The position numbers and the translations under genes were made by a program. From contig JAKPTO010000052.1 in assembly GCA_029555085.1 (NCBI GenBank), positions 1 through 61,599 on the forward strand: 61,599 nt of DNA, given 5' to 3'. Origin of the DNA: a bacterium. Lineage in GTDB: Bacteria; Patescibacteriota; Patescibacteriia; UBA1558; S5-K13. Shown in pieces: positions 48,263 through 57,533 of the stretch. Below the pieces are notes generated by a model. That model was given only the letters and a program-made list of their open reading frames with translations. It did no database searches and had not been told where the DNA came from. Position 1 is the first letter of the stretch, and each line of letters starts with the position of its first letter.

Positions 48263-50815
48263 ATGCTAAAAATAAATAAATATTTAATATTTTCTTGTAC
48301 CGTATTTTTATTCTTTATGGTAAATATTACTAATGCAATTGCAACAACTATGATAGATAGTATTCAGGATTTATACAACATAAGAAATGATTTGTTTGGA
48401 AATTATTCTTTAACTAAAAATTTGGACTTTAATGATGTAAATAGCTACGACGAAACAATACCAAATGGATATTCCAATGTTTCAGATTTTAAAACAGCAA
48501 TGACAAGTAATTCTGGTTGGATTCCAATAGGAGATGAAAATAATCTTTTTAAGGGAACTCTAAATGGTAATTCATATAAAATATCAAATCTATATATAAA
48601 CACCGACAATACTGGCCTATATAGAAACATTGGTCTATTTGGATCAGCTGGTGATATGTCTATTCTTACAAACATATGTCTAGAAAATATATATATAAAT
48701 GCGATAGATGATGATGGTTACTCTGCTGTGGCCATCGGGGGATTAGTTGGTGAAAATTATAATACAATATCAAATTCATATGTAACAGGAACAATAGTTA
48801 CTACTGAAAAAGGATTTTTTGTTGGAGGGTTAGTTGGTTATAATGAGCAAGGTACAATATCAAATTCATATTCTAATGTAGATGTAACAGGGGGTGATTG
48901 GGGGATCGGGGGATTAGTTGGTCATAATGAGCAAGGTACAATATCAAACTCATATGCAAGGGGAAATGTAAGTGGTACTGATGATGCTATTGGAGGACTT
49001 ATTGGTGCAAATTATGGAGTTATCGAAAATTCATATTCTACTGTGGATGTAACAGGAGATAATTGGGGGGTTGGGGGATTAGTTGGTCAAAATTTTGGTT
49101 CAATATCAAATTCACACGCAACTGGAACAGTAAATGCTTCCTCAATAGGAGAGGCTGTTGGGGGTTTGGTTGGTGGAAATCTTGGTCCAATATCAAATTC
49201 ATATTCTACTGTGGATGTGACGGGAGGTGTATGGGGAGTTGGGGGATTAGTTGGTCAAAATAAAGATACGATATCAAATTCACACGCAACTGGAACAATC
49301 GTTACTACCGAAGCAGGACAGGCTGTTGGAGGTTTGGTTGGTTACAATGAGCAGGGTACAATATCAAATTCATATTCTACTGTAGATATAACAGGTGGTA
49401 ATTGGGGAATAGGTGGATTAGTCGGTGAAAATGATGATACAATATTAAATTCATATGCAATGGGAAATGTAAGCGGTACTGATGATGCTGTCGGGGGACT
49501 TGTTGGTGCAAATTATGGAGTTATTGAAAATTCATATTCAACTGGATTAGTAACGGCAATGGGGGATGATATTGGTGGATTGGTTGGTGAACAATGGACT
49601 TCTTATGATATTGTAAATAGTTACTACAACAGTAACACATCAGGACAATCAGATAATGACGAAAGAGGATATCCTAGAACAACAACTGAAATGACATATC
49701 CATATGATAATAGTATTAATGATACTTATCTAAATTGGGATTTTGATAATATCTGGCATCATGATACAACAAGGACCACTAATAATGGTTATCCATATAA
49801 TTATACTATAACTTCTTCAGATACCACACCTCCAATTATATCGGGACTATCGTCGACTACAACACCTACAAAATCAAAAACATGGCAATGGTCTAGTAAT
49901 GAAGATGCAACATATAGGTATACAATAGATCAAATATCAGATACTAATCCAAGTGGCGATTATTCTAGTGTGCAAATAGCGACACAATCATCTGGTAATG
50001 GAACATATTACATACATGTCCAGGCAAAAGATAATGCTGGAAATGAAAGCGAAGTCACTCATGTTTCCGCTCTTTTAGATAATACTGAACCAGAAATTAC
50101 TATCCTGGGTTCTAATCCAGCATCAATATACAAAGAAGATAGTTATATAGATGCTGGAGCAACAGCTTATGATAATATAGATGGAAATTTAACAAGTAGC
50201 ATAGTGGTGACCAATGATCTAGATATAAATACAATTGGGACATACACATATACTTATGTAGTAAGCGACACAGCTAGAAACACCTCTACTTCAACGAGAC
50301 AAGTTAATGTATTAACAAGGCCAAGTATTGGAGGGGGGATGACCATATTACCACCGACTATTGATAATAATGTTGAAAATGATACAAATAATGACAGTAA
50401 TACTAATAAAATTATTCAAATATCGGGAACTAATTCTTGGATTACCGGATTTTTTGTAAAAACGAATAGTATGTCAACAGTATATTTTGTAGATGGAGAT
50501 GGTATTAGACACATATATCCAAGTGAATCAATATGGAAATCATACTTTGGCAAAGATTTTTCATTCGTAAAAATAATAACTAATAAAGAATTATCTGGTT
50601 ATCCATTAGGAAACAATGTGGTATTTAAAAAAGGGACATTATTTAAAATACCATCTGTTCCTAAAGTATACCTTGCTTCTGATGGCGGTTTAGTTCATTG
50701 GATAAAGACAGAGGCAAAAGCCACAGAATTATATGGGAATAAATGGAATAAACTAATATATGATTTAAATGAAGCTTTCTTTGATGACTATCTAGAGGAA
50801 AACGCTACTGAATAA
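48263..50815 (+). CDS. Secreted GLUG-repeat surface protein with Ig-like (DUF5011-like) and C-terminal repeat domains
   Basis: Signal peptide; about 11 VGGLVG.N..TISNSY repeats; DAGATAYDNIDGNLT; C-terminal repeats. Confidence 0.88.
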   Translation: MLKINKYLIFSCTVFLFFMVNITNAIATTMIDSIQDLYNIRNDLFGNYSLTKNLDFNDVNSYDETIPNGYSNVSDFKTAMTSNSGWIPIGDENNLFKGTLNGNSYKISNLYINTDNTGLYRNIGLFGSAGDMSILTNICLENIYINAIDDDGYSAVAIGGLVGENYNTISNSYVTGTIVTTEKGFFVGGLVGYNEQGTISNSYSNVDVTGGDWGIGGLVGHNEQGTISNSYARGNVSGTDDAIGGLIGANYGVIENSYSTVDVTGDNWGVGGLVGQNFGSISNSHATGTVNASSIGEAVGGLVGGNLGPISNSYSTVDVTGGVWGVGGLVGQNKDTISNSHATGTIVTTEAGQAVGGLVGYNEQGTISNSYSTVDITGGNWGIGGLVGENDDTILNSYAMGNVSGTDDAVGGLVGANYGVIENSYSTGLVTAMGDDIGGLVGEQWTSYDIVNSYYNSNTSGQSDNDERGYPRTTTEMTYPYDNSINDTYLNWDFDNIWHHDTTRTTNNGYPYNYTITSSDTTPPIISGLSSTTTPTKSKTWQWSSNEDATYRYTIDQISDTNPSGDYSSVQIATQSSGNGTYYIHVQAKDNAGNESEVTHVSALLDNTEPEITILGSNPASIYKEDSYIDAGATAYDNIDGNLTSSIVVTNDLDINTIGTYTYTYVVSDTARNTSTSTRQVNVLTRPSIGGGMTILPPTIDNNVENDTNNDSNTNKIIQISGTNSWITGFFVKTNSMSTVYFVDGDGIRHIYPSESIWKSYFGKDFSFVKIITNKELSGYPLGNNVVFKKGTLFKIPSVPKVYLASDGGLVHWIKTEAKATELYGNKWNKLIYDLNEAFFDDYLEENATE
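48730..49625 (+). repeat. Intragenic tandem repeats of about 80-90 bp encoding GLUG units
   Basis: Recurrent CAATATCAAATTCATA and GGATTAGTTGGT. Confidence 0.85.
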
Positions 50816-50888
50816 AAATAAAATAATTTCTTATGATTAGTATCGCTAGAACACATTCGTCGTATATTGGATATTACTAAAAATTCTT

Positions 50889-51194
50889 ATGCGAAAATTA
50901 TCAAAATTACAAAATTTTATCCTCAGAAAATCTCTTTTAAACACAGAGACAAAAAAGAGCGTTTTCGCTGGATTTTATAAGGATAAAAAAGTAAAACCAC
51001 GCGATATAGAAAAAATTATTACTTCCAGTATTAACAAATTAATTAAACGCAATCTATTAATTGCATATTGCAAAAAAACGAAAGAAAAAATATTTATTGA
51101 ACGCGTTACTCTAACACCAAAAGGAAAAAGATTAGCAAAACAATTATTGGGAGTTCAAGAACATTTACCATTTAAATATAAAAATAAAAAATAA
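50889..51194 (+). CDS. Small basic protein, possibly winged-helix
   Basis: ITSSINKLIKRNLL...VTLTPKGKRLA resembles the wHTH LTxxG motif. Confidence 0.6.
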   Translation: MRKLSKLQNFILRKSLLNTETKKSVFAGFYKDKKVKPRDIEKIITSSINKLIKRNLLIAYCKKTKEKIFIERVTLTPKGKRLAKQLLGVQEHLPFKYKNKK

Positions 51195-51204
51195 TTAAAA
51201 ACAT

Positions 51205-51843
51205 ATGGACAAAAAAGTTCAAAATTATCTAAAAAAAACAAATTTATCTCATGAGCTAATTCCTCACAAAAAAGTTTACACTGCTTATGATGCTTCTCAA
51301 ACTTTAAAAATGCAACCAAAACAAATTGTAAAATCATTAATTGTGAAAGTAAAAAACAATTTCGCTTTAATCTTATTATCTGCAGACAAAAATATTGATT
51401 TCAAAAAATTAGCAAAACAATTTAACGCAAAACCAATTGATGTAAAAATTCCGGATGAAAAAGTTTTAATGAAAAAATTAGGAATAAAGCCAGGAACAGC
51501 GCATGTATTTGGTGAAATTTACAAAATTCCAGTTGTTATTGAGAAAGATTTAGCAAAACTAAACGATGCGGTTTTTTCCTCAGGAGATTTAACACAAAGT
51601 TTAAAATTAAAAGTAAATGATTTTATAAAACAGCAAAAAGCTGAAATTGCACAATTCGGAGTTGTAAAAAAATTCAAAAAAGCCGTAAAAACAGGGAAAA
51701 AAGTACAAAAAGTCATAAAAAAAGGCGTAAAAGATATAAAGAAAACCAAAGGTAAAAAACTAAATAAAAAAAATATTAAAAAGTTATTGAAGCCAGTTAA
51801 AAAATCTACATTGAACAAAAAAACAAATAAAAAAAATAAATAA
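51205..51843 (+). CDS. YbaK/EbsC-family aminoacyl-tRNA editing domain with Lys-rich tail
   Basis: HKKVYTA, IVKSLIV, GDLTQSL; last ~55 aa very Lys-rich. Confidence 0.8.
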   Translation: MDKKVQNYLKKTNLSHELIPHKKVYTAYDASQTLKMQPKQIVKSLIVKVKNNFALILLSADKNIDFKKLAKQFNAKPIDVKIPDEKVLMKKLGIKPGTAHVFGEIYKIPVVIEKDLAKLNDAVFSSGDLTQSLKLKVNDFIKQQKAEIAQFGVVKKFKKAVKTGKKVQKVIKKGVKDIKKTKGKKLNKKNIKKLLKPVKKSTLNKKTNKKNK

Positions 51844-52598
51844 TGAAAAATTATAATATAAAACTTGAAAATTTCGAGGGGCCACTTGATTTATTACTCT
51901 CACTAATAAATGAGAGTAAACTAGATATAAGCGAAATTTCCCTTGCAAAAATTACAGATCAATATTTGCATTATATAAAAGACAATGAATCTCTTGAAAT
52001 TGGAGAAATTGCTGATTTTTTACTAATTGCTTCAAAGTTAATTTATATAAAATCAAAATTATTATTACCGGACTTAATTAATGCTCAAGACGAGGAAGAT
52101 ACAAAAGAATTAGAAAGACAATTAAAAATTTATAAAGAATATTATGAAGCTAGAAAAATAATTGGAAAAATGATATTGAAAAAAAATTTTTCATATTCTA
52201 GAACTACAAAATTAGTAAAAATTAAAAAATCATTTATTCCACCTGAAAAATTAAAAATTGAAGAATTAGAAAAAAGATTTGAAAAATTAATATCATTTAT
52301 AAAACCAGTTATTAAAATTTCTGCAAAAACAATAAATAGAACAATAAATATAAAAGAAAAAATTGATAATATTTATAAAAAAATTAACGATTTTAGTTTT
52401 ATAAAATTTTCTGATTGTCTTAATGACAAAAAGGATAAAATAGAAATCATAGTTTCATTTCTTGCAATTTTAGAGCTTATAAAACAGAGGACAATAGTAG
52501 TAGAGCAAAATAATTTATTTGATGAAATTACAATTAATAAAATCGACTATAAATTAAGTACTAATACTTACCTAGCCACCGGCGAGGAAGAAAGCTAA
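51843..52598 (+). CDS. scpA: Segregation and condensation protein A
   Basis: FEGPLDLLL, IYIKSKLLLP, FLAILELIK. Confidence 0.95.
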   Translation: MKNYNIKLENFEGPLDLLLSLINESKLDISEISLAKITDQYLHYIKDNESLEIGEIADFLLIASKLIYIKSKLLLPDLINAQDEEDTKELERQLKIYKEYYEARKIIGKMILKKNFSYSRTTKLVKIKKSFIPPEKLKIEELEKRFEKLISFIKPVIKISAKTINRTINIKEKIDNIYKKINDFSFIKFSDCLNDKKDKIEIIVSFLAILELIKQRTIVVEQNNLFDEITINKIDYKLSTNTYLATGEEES

Positions 52599-52602
52599 TA
52601 AA

Positions 52603-53148
52603 ATGGACAAAAAAACAATAATAGAAAGTTTATTACTTATCTCTGATAGGCCACTATCTATTGATTTAATTGCAAAAAAAATCGATTCAAGTAAAAAAGA
52701 AACCAAAGAATTGATAAAAGAAATTCAAGATAAATTTAATACGGAAAATAGTGGAATTCATATTGCAGAATCTTGGGGGAAAATTCAATTTACAACAAAT
52801 CCAAAATGCGAAGCAATTGTAAAAGAATTCGTAAAAGAAGAAATTAATAGCAATTTATCAGACGCATCACTTGAAACGCTTACAATAATTGCATATCGTG
52901 GACCAATTACAAGGTCTGAAATTGAACAAATAAGAGGAGTCAATTGCAGTGTCATATTAAAAAATTTAATGATAAAAGGACTCATAGAATCTGAATTTAA
53001 CAAAGAAAAAATAACCGATGAATATAATATAACAGTTGATTTTCTAAAGTATTTAGGAATTAATAATTCAAGCGAACTCCCAAATTATGAACAATTAAAT
53101 AGTAACGAGATAATAGATACAATACTAAATCAAAATCAAAACGAATAA
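52603..53148 (+). CDS. scpB: Segregation and condensation protein B
   Basis: LETLTIIAYRGPITRSEIEQIRGVN. Confidence 0.95.
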   Translation: MDKKTIIESLLLISDRPLSIDLIAKKIDSSKKETKELIKEIQDKFNTENSGIHIAESWGKIQFTTNPKCEAIVKEFVKEEINSNLSDASLETLTIIAYRGPITRSEIEQIRGVNCSVILKNLMIKGLIESEFNKEKITDEYNITVDFLKYLGINNSSELPNYEQLNSNEIIDTILNQNQNE

Positions 53149-53208
53149 CGAAATAATGTTAGAATATTGATAATCGAAAAAAAATTATTAAACATTTTGG
53201 AAAATAAA

Positions 53209-54126
53209 ATGCAATTTTTAATTATAATACCAATAATATTATCCATTTTAAACACAACAAGCACCAATAATGTTTTTGTATATCCTGAAATTTATAAAGA
53301 TAATAACAAAATTTTTATAAAATTTATTGATAATAAGGATCAAAATTCTTTTCCCAAAAAACTAATAAATGATTCTCTTGGAGTAAGAGTTGGCGCAAAA
53401 TCAGTTTTAGTAAAAGATTTAAATACGGATAAAATATTATTTTCAAAAAACAAAGACGAAAAAAGACAAATAGCAAGCATAACAAAATTAATGTCTGCTA
53501 TTATAATAAAGGATTTAAATGTAGATCCTGAGAAATTAGTAGAAATAACATCCAGTGATAATGTTGGAGATTTTTCAAAAACAAAAATATCTCCTGGTGA
53601 TAAAATAAAATTTAAAGATTTACTTTCAGCATCACTCGTTGTATCGTCGAATTCTGGAATGCTTTGCGCGATAAAAAATTCCGACATATCAGAAGAGGAA
53701 TTTGTAAAAAAAATGAATCAGAAAGTAGAGGAATTAAATCTAAAAAATACACATTTCGATGACGCAACTGGATTAAGCAATAAAAATGTATCAACAGCGG
53801 ATGAAATTTTAAAAATAACAAAAATAGCATTTTCATATCCAGATATAGAATTAGAAACAGCACAAAAAAAATATTCATTTACCACGGATACTGGAAAAAC
53901 CATAGAAGTTAAAAATACAAATGAATTAATTGGAAGTTATTTAGATATAAAAGCTGGAAAAACTGGTTACACAGAAGAAGCTGGGTATTGCCTTGTGTCA
54001 AAAGTAGGGTATGATAATAAGGGTCCTATTCTCGTAGTTGTTTTAGGAAGTGATTCTCATTTTGAAAGATTTTCTGATTTAAAAGATGTCTCAAGTTGGG
54101 TTTTTAATAATTATGTTTGGAAATAA
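53209..54126 (+). CDS. D-alanyl-D-alanine carboxypeptidase/endopeptidase (peptidase S11)
   Basis: ASITKLM (SxxK), SSN (SxN), KTGYT; start uncertain (53167 or 53209). Confidence 0.9.
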   Translation: MQFLIIIPIILSILNTTSTNNVFVYPEIYKDNNKIFIKFIDNKDQNSFPKKLINDSLGVRVGAKSVLVKDLNTDKILFSKNKDEKRQIASITKLMSAIIIKDLNVDPEKLVEITSSDNVGDFSKTKISPGDKIKFKDLLSASLVVSSNSGMLCAIKNSDISEEEFVKKMNQKVEELNLKNTHFDDATGLSNKNVSTADEILKITKIAFSYPDIELETAQKKYSFTTDTGKTIEVKNTNELIGSYLDIKAGKTGYTEEAGYCLVSKVGYDNKGPILVVVLGSDSHFERFSDLKDVSSWVFNNYVWK

Positions 54127-54193
54127 TACTATAAAAATATAATCCCGCGACAATTATAAATTAAAAATAAAATTAACAAATAAAATAAATTAT

Positions 54194-54976
54194 ATGAAAA
54201 AAATATTAATACTGAACTGGAAAATGCAATTATCTGTAAATGATTCCTGCGCTTTAGCGGAGGAAATTAATAACGAATTTGATAATTTGAATTTAGATAA
54301 AATTGAATTAGGTATTTGTCCAGATTTCTTATCAATGCATAAAATATCTAAAATCATCAAAGCGTCAAATATAAAACTTGGGTCGCAAGATGCTTTTTGG
54401 TATGAAAAGGGGGCTTATACTGGAGAAATATCCCCTGTATTTTTAAAAGAACTTGGTGTTGAATTTGTTATACTGGGTCACAGTGAAAGAAGAACGCATA
54501 TGCAAGAATCCGATATATTCATTAATAAAAAAATGAAAACCGTTTTAGAAAATAACATGGTGCCAATACTATGTGTTGGTGAAAATTTCGAAGAAAGACA
54601 AAATAATCAAAAAGATTTGGTAATAATAAATCAGGTAAAAAACGCTTTAAATAATATAGATTTAGAAAATTTAAAAAGATTAATTATTGCATACGAACCA
54701 ATATGGGTTATAGGATCTGGACAAGCAATAGAATCAAACGAAGCGCAAGAAACAAATGTAATCATCAAACAAACATTGTTAGATATATTTTACGAAAAAG
54801 GAATAGAGTTAAATGATGAAAATTTTAAAAATAAAATACAAATCCTATACGGGGGAAGTGTTGATTCAACCAATGTATCAAACTTTCTCAATGAAGAAGA
54901 TATAGATGGAGTATTGGTTGGCGGTGCTGGAGTAAAATTTGAAACATTTTGTAGTTTAACAAAAGCAATAAATTAA
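54194..54976 (+). CDS. tpiA: Triosephosphate isomerase
   Basis: NWKM, GAYTGEIS, GHSERR, AYEPIW, LYGGSV. Confidence 0.97.
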   Translation: MKKILILNWKMQLSVNDSCALAEEINNEFDNLNLDKIELGICPDFLSMHKISKIIKASNIKLGSQDAFWYEKGAYTGEISPVFLKELGVEFVILGHSERRTHMQESDIFINKKMKTVLENNMVPILCVGENFEERQNNQKDLVIINQVKNALNNIDLENLKRLIIAYEPIWVIGSGQAIESNEAQETNVIIKQTLLDIFYEKGIELNDENFKNKIQILYGGSVDSTNVSNFLNEEDIDGVLVGGAGVKFETFCSLTKAIN

Positions 54977-55021
54977 TATTTAATAAAATAATTCGTTTTT
55001 GAAAACGAATATAATAAAAAT

Positions 55022-55906
55022 ATGATTATAAACATAATATTAACAATACTTGTTGTTATTAGCATAGGAATTATTGGGTCCATAATTATAAAAAAACTCC
55101 CACAAATAAAAAGAGTCGATGTCACAACAATAGATTCATATAGGGAAAATCAGATAAAAAATAAAATTCTAGAAAAAAAATTACGCAGAGATATAAGCTC
55201 TTTCAAGAAGTCCGTAAATTCAAAACTAAAACCAATACTTTCTAATCTTGGAAATTGGTTAAAAAAAATTAAAGCAAGAATTTTAAGAATTGAAAAAAAA
55301 TATAGAGAAAAATTGGCAAGAGTGCATTTTGACGATAAAATAAACTCTGAAGTAAAAGTTAATAAACATTTAGAAAATGCTGAAAATTTCATTAAAGAAA
55401 AAGATTGGATAAATTCAGAAAATGAATACATAGAAGCTCTAAAAATTGATATTCATAATATTAATATATATATAAAATTAGGCGATCTTTATCACCTAAA
55501 AAAGGATTATGAAAAAGCAAAAGAAACATACGAATATGCAATAAAATTACAAGAAAATGATTATATTTATAATAAACTAGGAGATATTTCAACAGAAATG
55601 GGTGATTTAAACAATGCGGCAATAAGCTATTCAAAATCAATATCAATGACAGCAAACAATCCAATATATTACTTTAATTTAGCAAAAATCAACCTAAAAT
55701 TAGAACAATACGAAGATTGTTTAAATAATATCAATAGATCTTTAAACCTAGAACCCGAAAACCCTAAATTTCTTGACTTTCTACTTAATTTAAGTATAAT
55801 TATGAAAGATAAAAATTTAGCTGAGAAAACAATAACTAAACTAATAGAAGTTAATCCGGAAAACAACAATATTCCAGAATATAGAGATAAGATAAATAAA
55901 ATGTAA
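55022..55906 (+). CDS. Membrane-anchored TPR protein
   Basis: N-terminal TM; tandem TPR-like units (YIKLGDLY...YEKAKETYEYA). Confidence 0.82.
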   Translation: MIINIILTILVVISIGIIGSIIIKKLPQIKRVDVTTIDSYRENQIKNKILEKKLRRDISSFKKSVNSKLKPILSNLGNWLKKIKARILRIEKKYREKLARVHFDDKINSEVKVNKHLENAENFIKEKDWINSENEYIEALKIDIHNINIYIKLGDLYHLKKDYEKAKETYEYAIKLQENDYIYNKLGDISTEMGDLNNAAISYSKSISMTANNPIYYFNLAKINLKLEQYEDCLNNINRSLNLEPENPKFLDFLLNLSIIMKDKNLAEKTITKLIEVNPENNNIPEYRDKINKM

Positions 55907-55920
55907 ACTTGGAGTTATAA

Positions 55921-55996
55921 GCCGTTGTAACTCAGTTGGTAGAGTAACTCCATGGTAAGGAGTAAGTCCGCGGTTCGAGCCCGCGCAACGGCTCCA
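55921..55996 (+). tRNA. tRNA-Thr(GGT)
   Basis: Cloverleaf, anticodon GGT, GTTCGA T-loop, ends TCCA. Confidence 0.96.
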
Positions 55997-56003
55997 TTAA
56001 AGT

Positions 56004-56089
56004 GGGTAGATAGCGAAGTGGTCAAACGCGACAGACTGTAAATCTGTTGACATATGTCTTCGTAGGTTCGAATCCTGCTCTACCCACCA
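56004..56089 (+). tRNA. tRNA-Tyr(GTA)
   Basis: Anticodon loop CTGTAAA, long variable arm, ends ACCA. Confidence 0.96.
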
Positions 56090-56123
56090 TATTTAATTTA
56101 ATATATTTAAAAAATTAATATTT

Positions 56124-56199
56124 GCCACCCTAGCTCAGTTGGTAGAGCAACAGTTTTGTAAACTGTGGGTCGTCGGTTCGAGTCCGACGGGTGGCTCCA
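56124..56199 (+). tRNA. tRNA-Thr(TGT)
   Basis: Anticodon loop TTTGTAA, ends TCCA. Confidence 0.96.
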
Positions 56200-56274
56200 C
56201 TAAACAATATCTAAAAATTAAACAACTTAACAAATTAACCGAAATTCTTAATTCATAATTAAATAATTAAAAAT

Positions 56275-56430
56275 ATGTCACAAGATAATTTGATAAAAAT
56301 GGAATGTAGTGAATGTCATAGAATAAACTATCATACATATAAAAATAAAAAGATTTTAAAGAATAAAATTGAATTAAAAAAGCACTGCAAATGGTGTAAA
56401 AAACATACTCCGCACAAAGAAACAAAGTAG
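56275..56430 (+). CDS. rpmG: 50S ribosomal protein L33, zinc-binding form (not in ORF track)
   Basis: MSQDNLIKMECSECHRINYHTYKNKK...LKKHCKWCKKHTPHKETK. Confidence 0.95.
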   Translation: MSQDNLIKMECSECHRINYHTYKNKKILKNKIELKKHCKWCKKHTPHKETK

Positions 56431-56450
56431 TTCTTTAATTTTTTACATAA

Positions 56451-56482
56451 AAATTCTTTGAATTATTTTGTTCAAAGAATTT
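56451..56482 (+). terminator. AT-rich hairpin after rpmG
   Basis: AAATTCTTTGAA-N8-TTCAAAGAATTT. Confidence 0.5.
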
Positions 56483-56490
56483 ATTTTTAT

Positions 56491-56564
56491 GGGGGCGTCG
56501 TTCAGTGGTAGGACATCGGTCTCCAAAACCGAGGACGTGAGTTCGATTCTTACCGCCCCTGCCA
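56491..56564 (+). tRNA. tRNA-Trp(CCA)
   Basis: Anticodon loop CTCCAAA, acceptor GGGGGCG/CGCCCCT, ends GCCA. Confidence 0.95.
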
Positions 56565-56566
56565 TG

Positions 56567-56594
56567 AAAAAGCCGATATTTATGGGCTTTTTTT
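56567..56594 (+). terminator. Intrinsic terminator after tRNA-Trp
   Basis: AAAAAGCC-N10-GGCTTTTTTT. Confidence 0.65.
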
Positions 56595-56690
56595 GTTGAA
56601 AAAAAATACGATTAGAATTAAAATGTTTTACTTCTTGATTTTTAAATCCAATAATGAGAAAATAAATACATAATTATTAATTAAAAAAAC

Positions 56691-57530
56691 ATGGAAAAAG
56701 AAAAATTTTCAGAAGAATTTTCAGGAGACATTGTAAGGCACAGTAAAGCGTCTTATAAAGCATACATAAGGGATCTTACTGGAGAAAATCCCGCAATACC
56801 ATTTGACAAAAATAATCAGGAATTAAATGACTTAACAGAAAAAGGGAAAGAGCTTGCAGAAAATTCAGCGAGAGAATATTTTGCAAATTTAAATCCAGCA
56901 GAAGATAAATTATTTTTTGCTTCTAGTAACGAGGTAAGAGCAATTGAAACTGCGGAAATATATAGAAAGATTGCCAAAGAGATGGGTTTTGAGATAATAC
57001 ATCCAGAACATTCTAGAAGTAAAATTTCAGACGAAATTGCAGATGGCGATATAAGGGTTCTAGACGCACTATCTTTAAATTCTGACAACCTTTTATTGGA
57101 TGCTATTTTTCAACCTGCTTCAACAAAAAAATATATTAATTTATCCAATGTTCCACAAGATCTTAGAGAAAAATTTGAAAAAGCGTCATCCATAGTAGAT
57201 GAAGATGATCAAGGAAATTGGGGAAATAATTTTTATAAACACGTTGATAGGGTGAAAGAAATCTTTCCAGAAATTAAAAATGTCCAACAAGAATATGAAA
57301 ATAAATTTAGATATTTGTTAAAACATTTTAATACTGGCAAAGAAAGGGCGGGTGACTCTGGTGTTACTGGCAATATAAAAGTATTGGGATTTGGTCACGA
57401 AAATTATCTTTTGTATGCAATTAGAAATATATTTCAAGAAGAGGGAATCAATAATTGCGAAGTGCTCCATATAACAACAGACAGTGATGGTATTACTGGA
57501 AAATTTCGCAACAAAGAGGCTAAACTATAA
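56691..57530 (+). CDS. Histidine phosphatase superfamily protein (divergent)
   Basis: IVRHS, LTEKG, SSNEVRAIETA, GFGHE. Confidence 0.7.
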   Translation: MEKEKFSEEFSGDIVRHSKASYKAYIRDLTGENPAIPFDKNNQELNDLTEKGKELAENSAREYFANLNPAEDKLFFASSNEVRAIETAEIYRKIAKEMGFEIIHPEHSRSKISDEIADGDIRVLDALSLNSDNLLLDAIFQPASTKKYINLSNVPQDLREKFEKASSIVDEDDQGNWGNNFYKHVDRVKEIFPEIKNVQQEYENKFRYLLKHFNTGKERAGDSGVTGNIKVLGFGHENYLLYAIRNIFQEEGINNCEVLHITTDSDGITGKFRNKEAKL

Positions 57531-57533
57531 AAA

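Noticed and set aside
49061-49080. G6/G5 tracts as phase-variation or G-quadruplex sites
   Set aside because: Explained by Trp-Gly-Val-Gly-Gly codons of the GLUG repeat; tracts are short
54991-55010. Palindrome ATTCGTTTT-TG-AAAACGAAT between tpiA and the TPR gene
   Set aside because: Single AT-rich occurrence; cannot distinguish terminator, operator or chance
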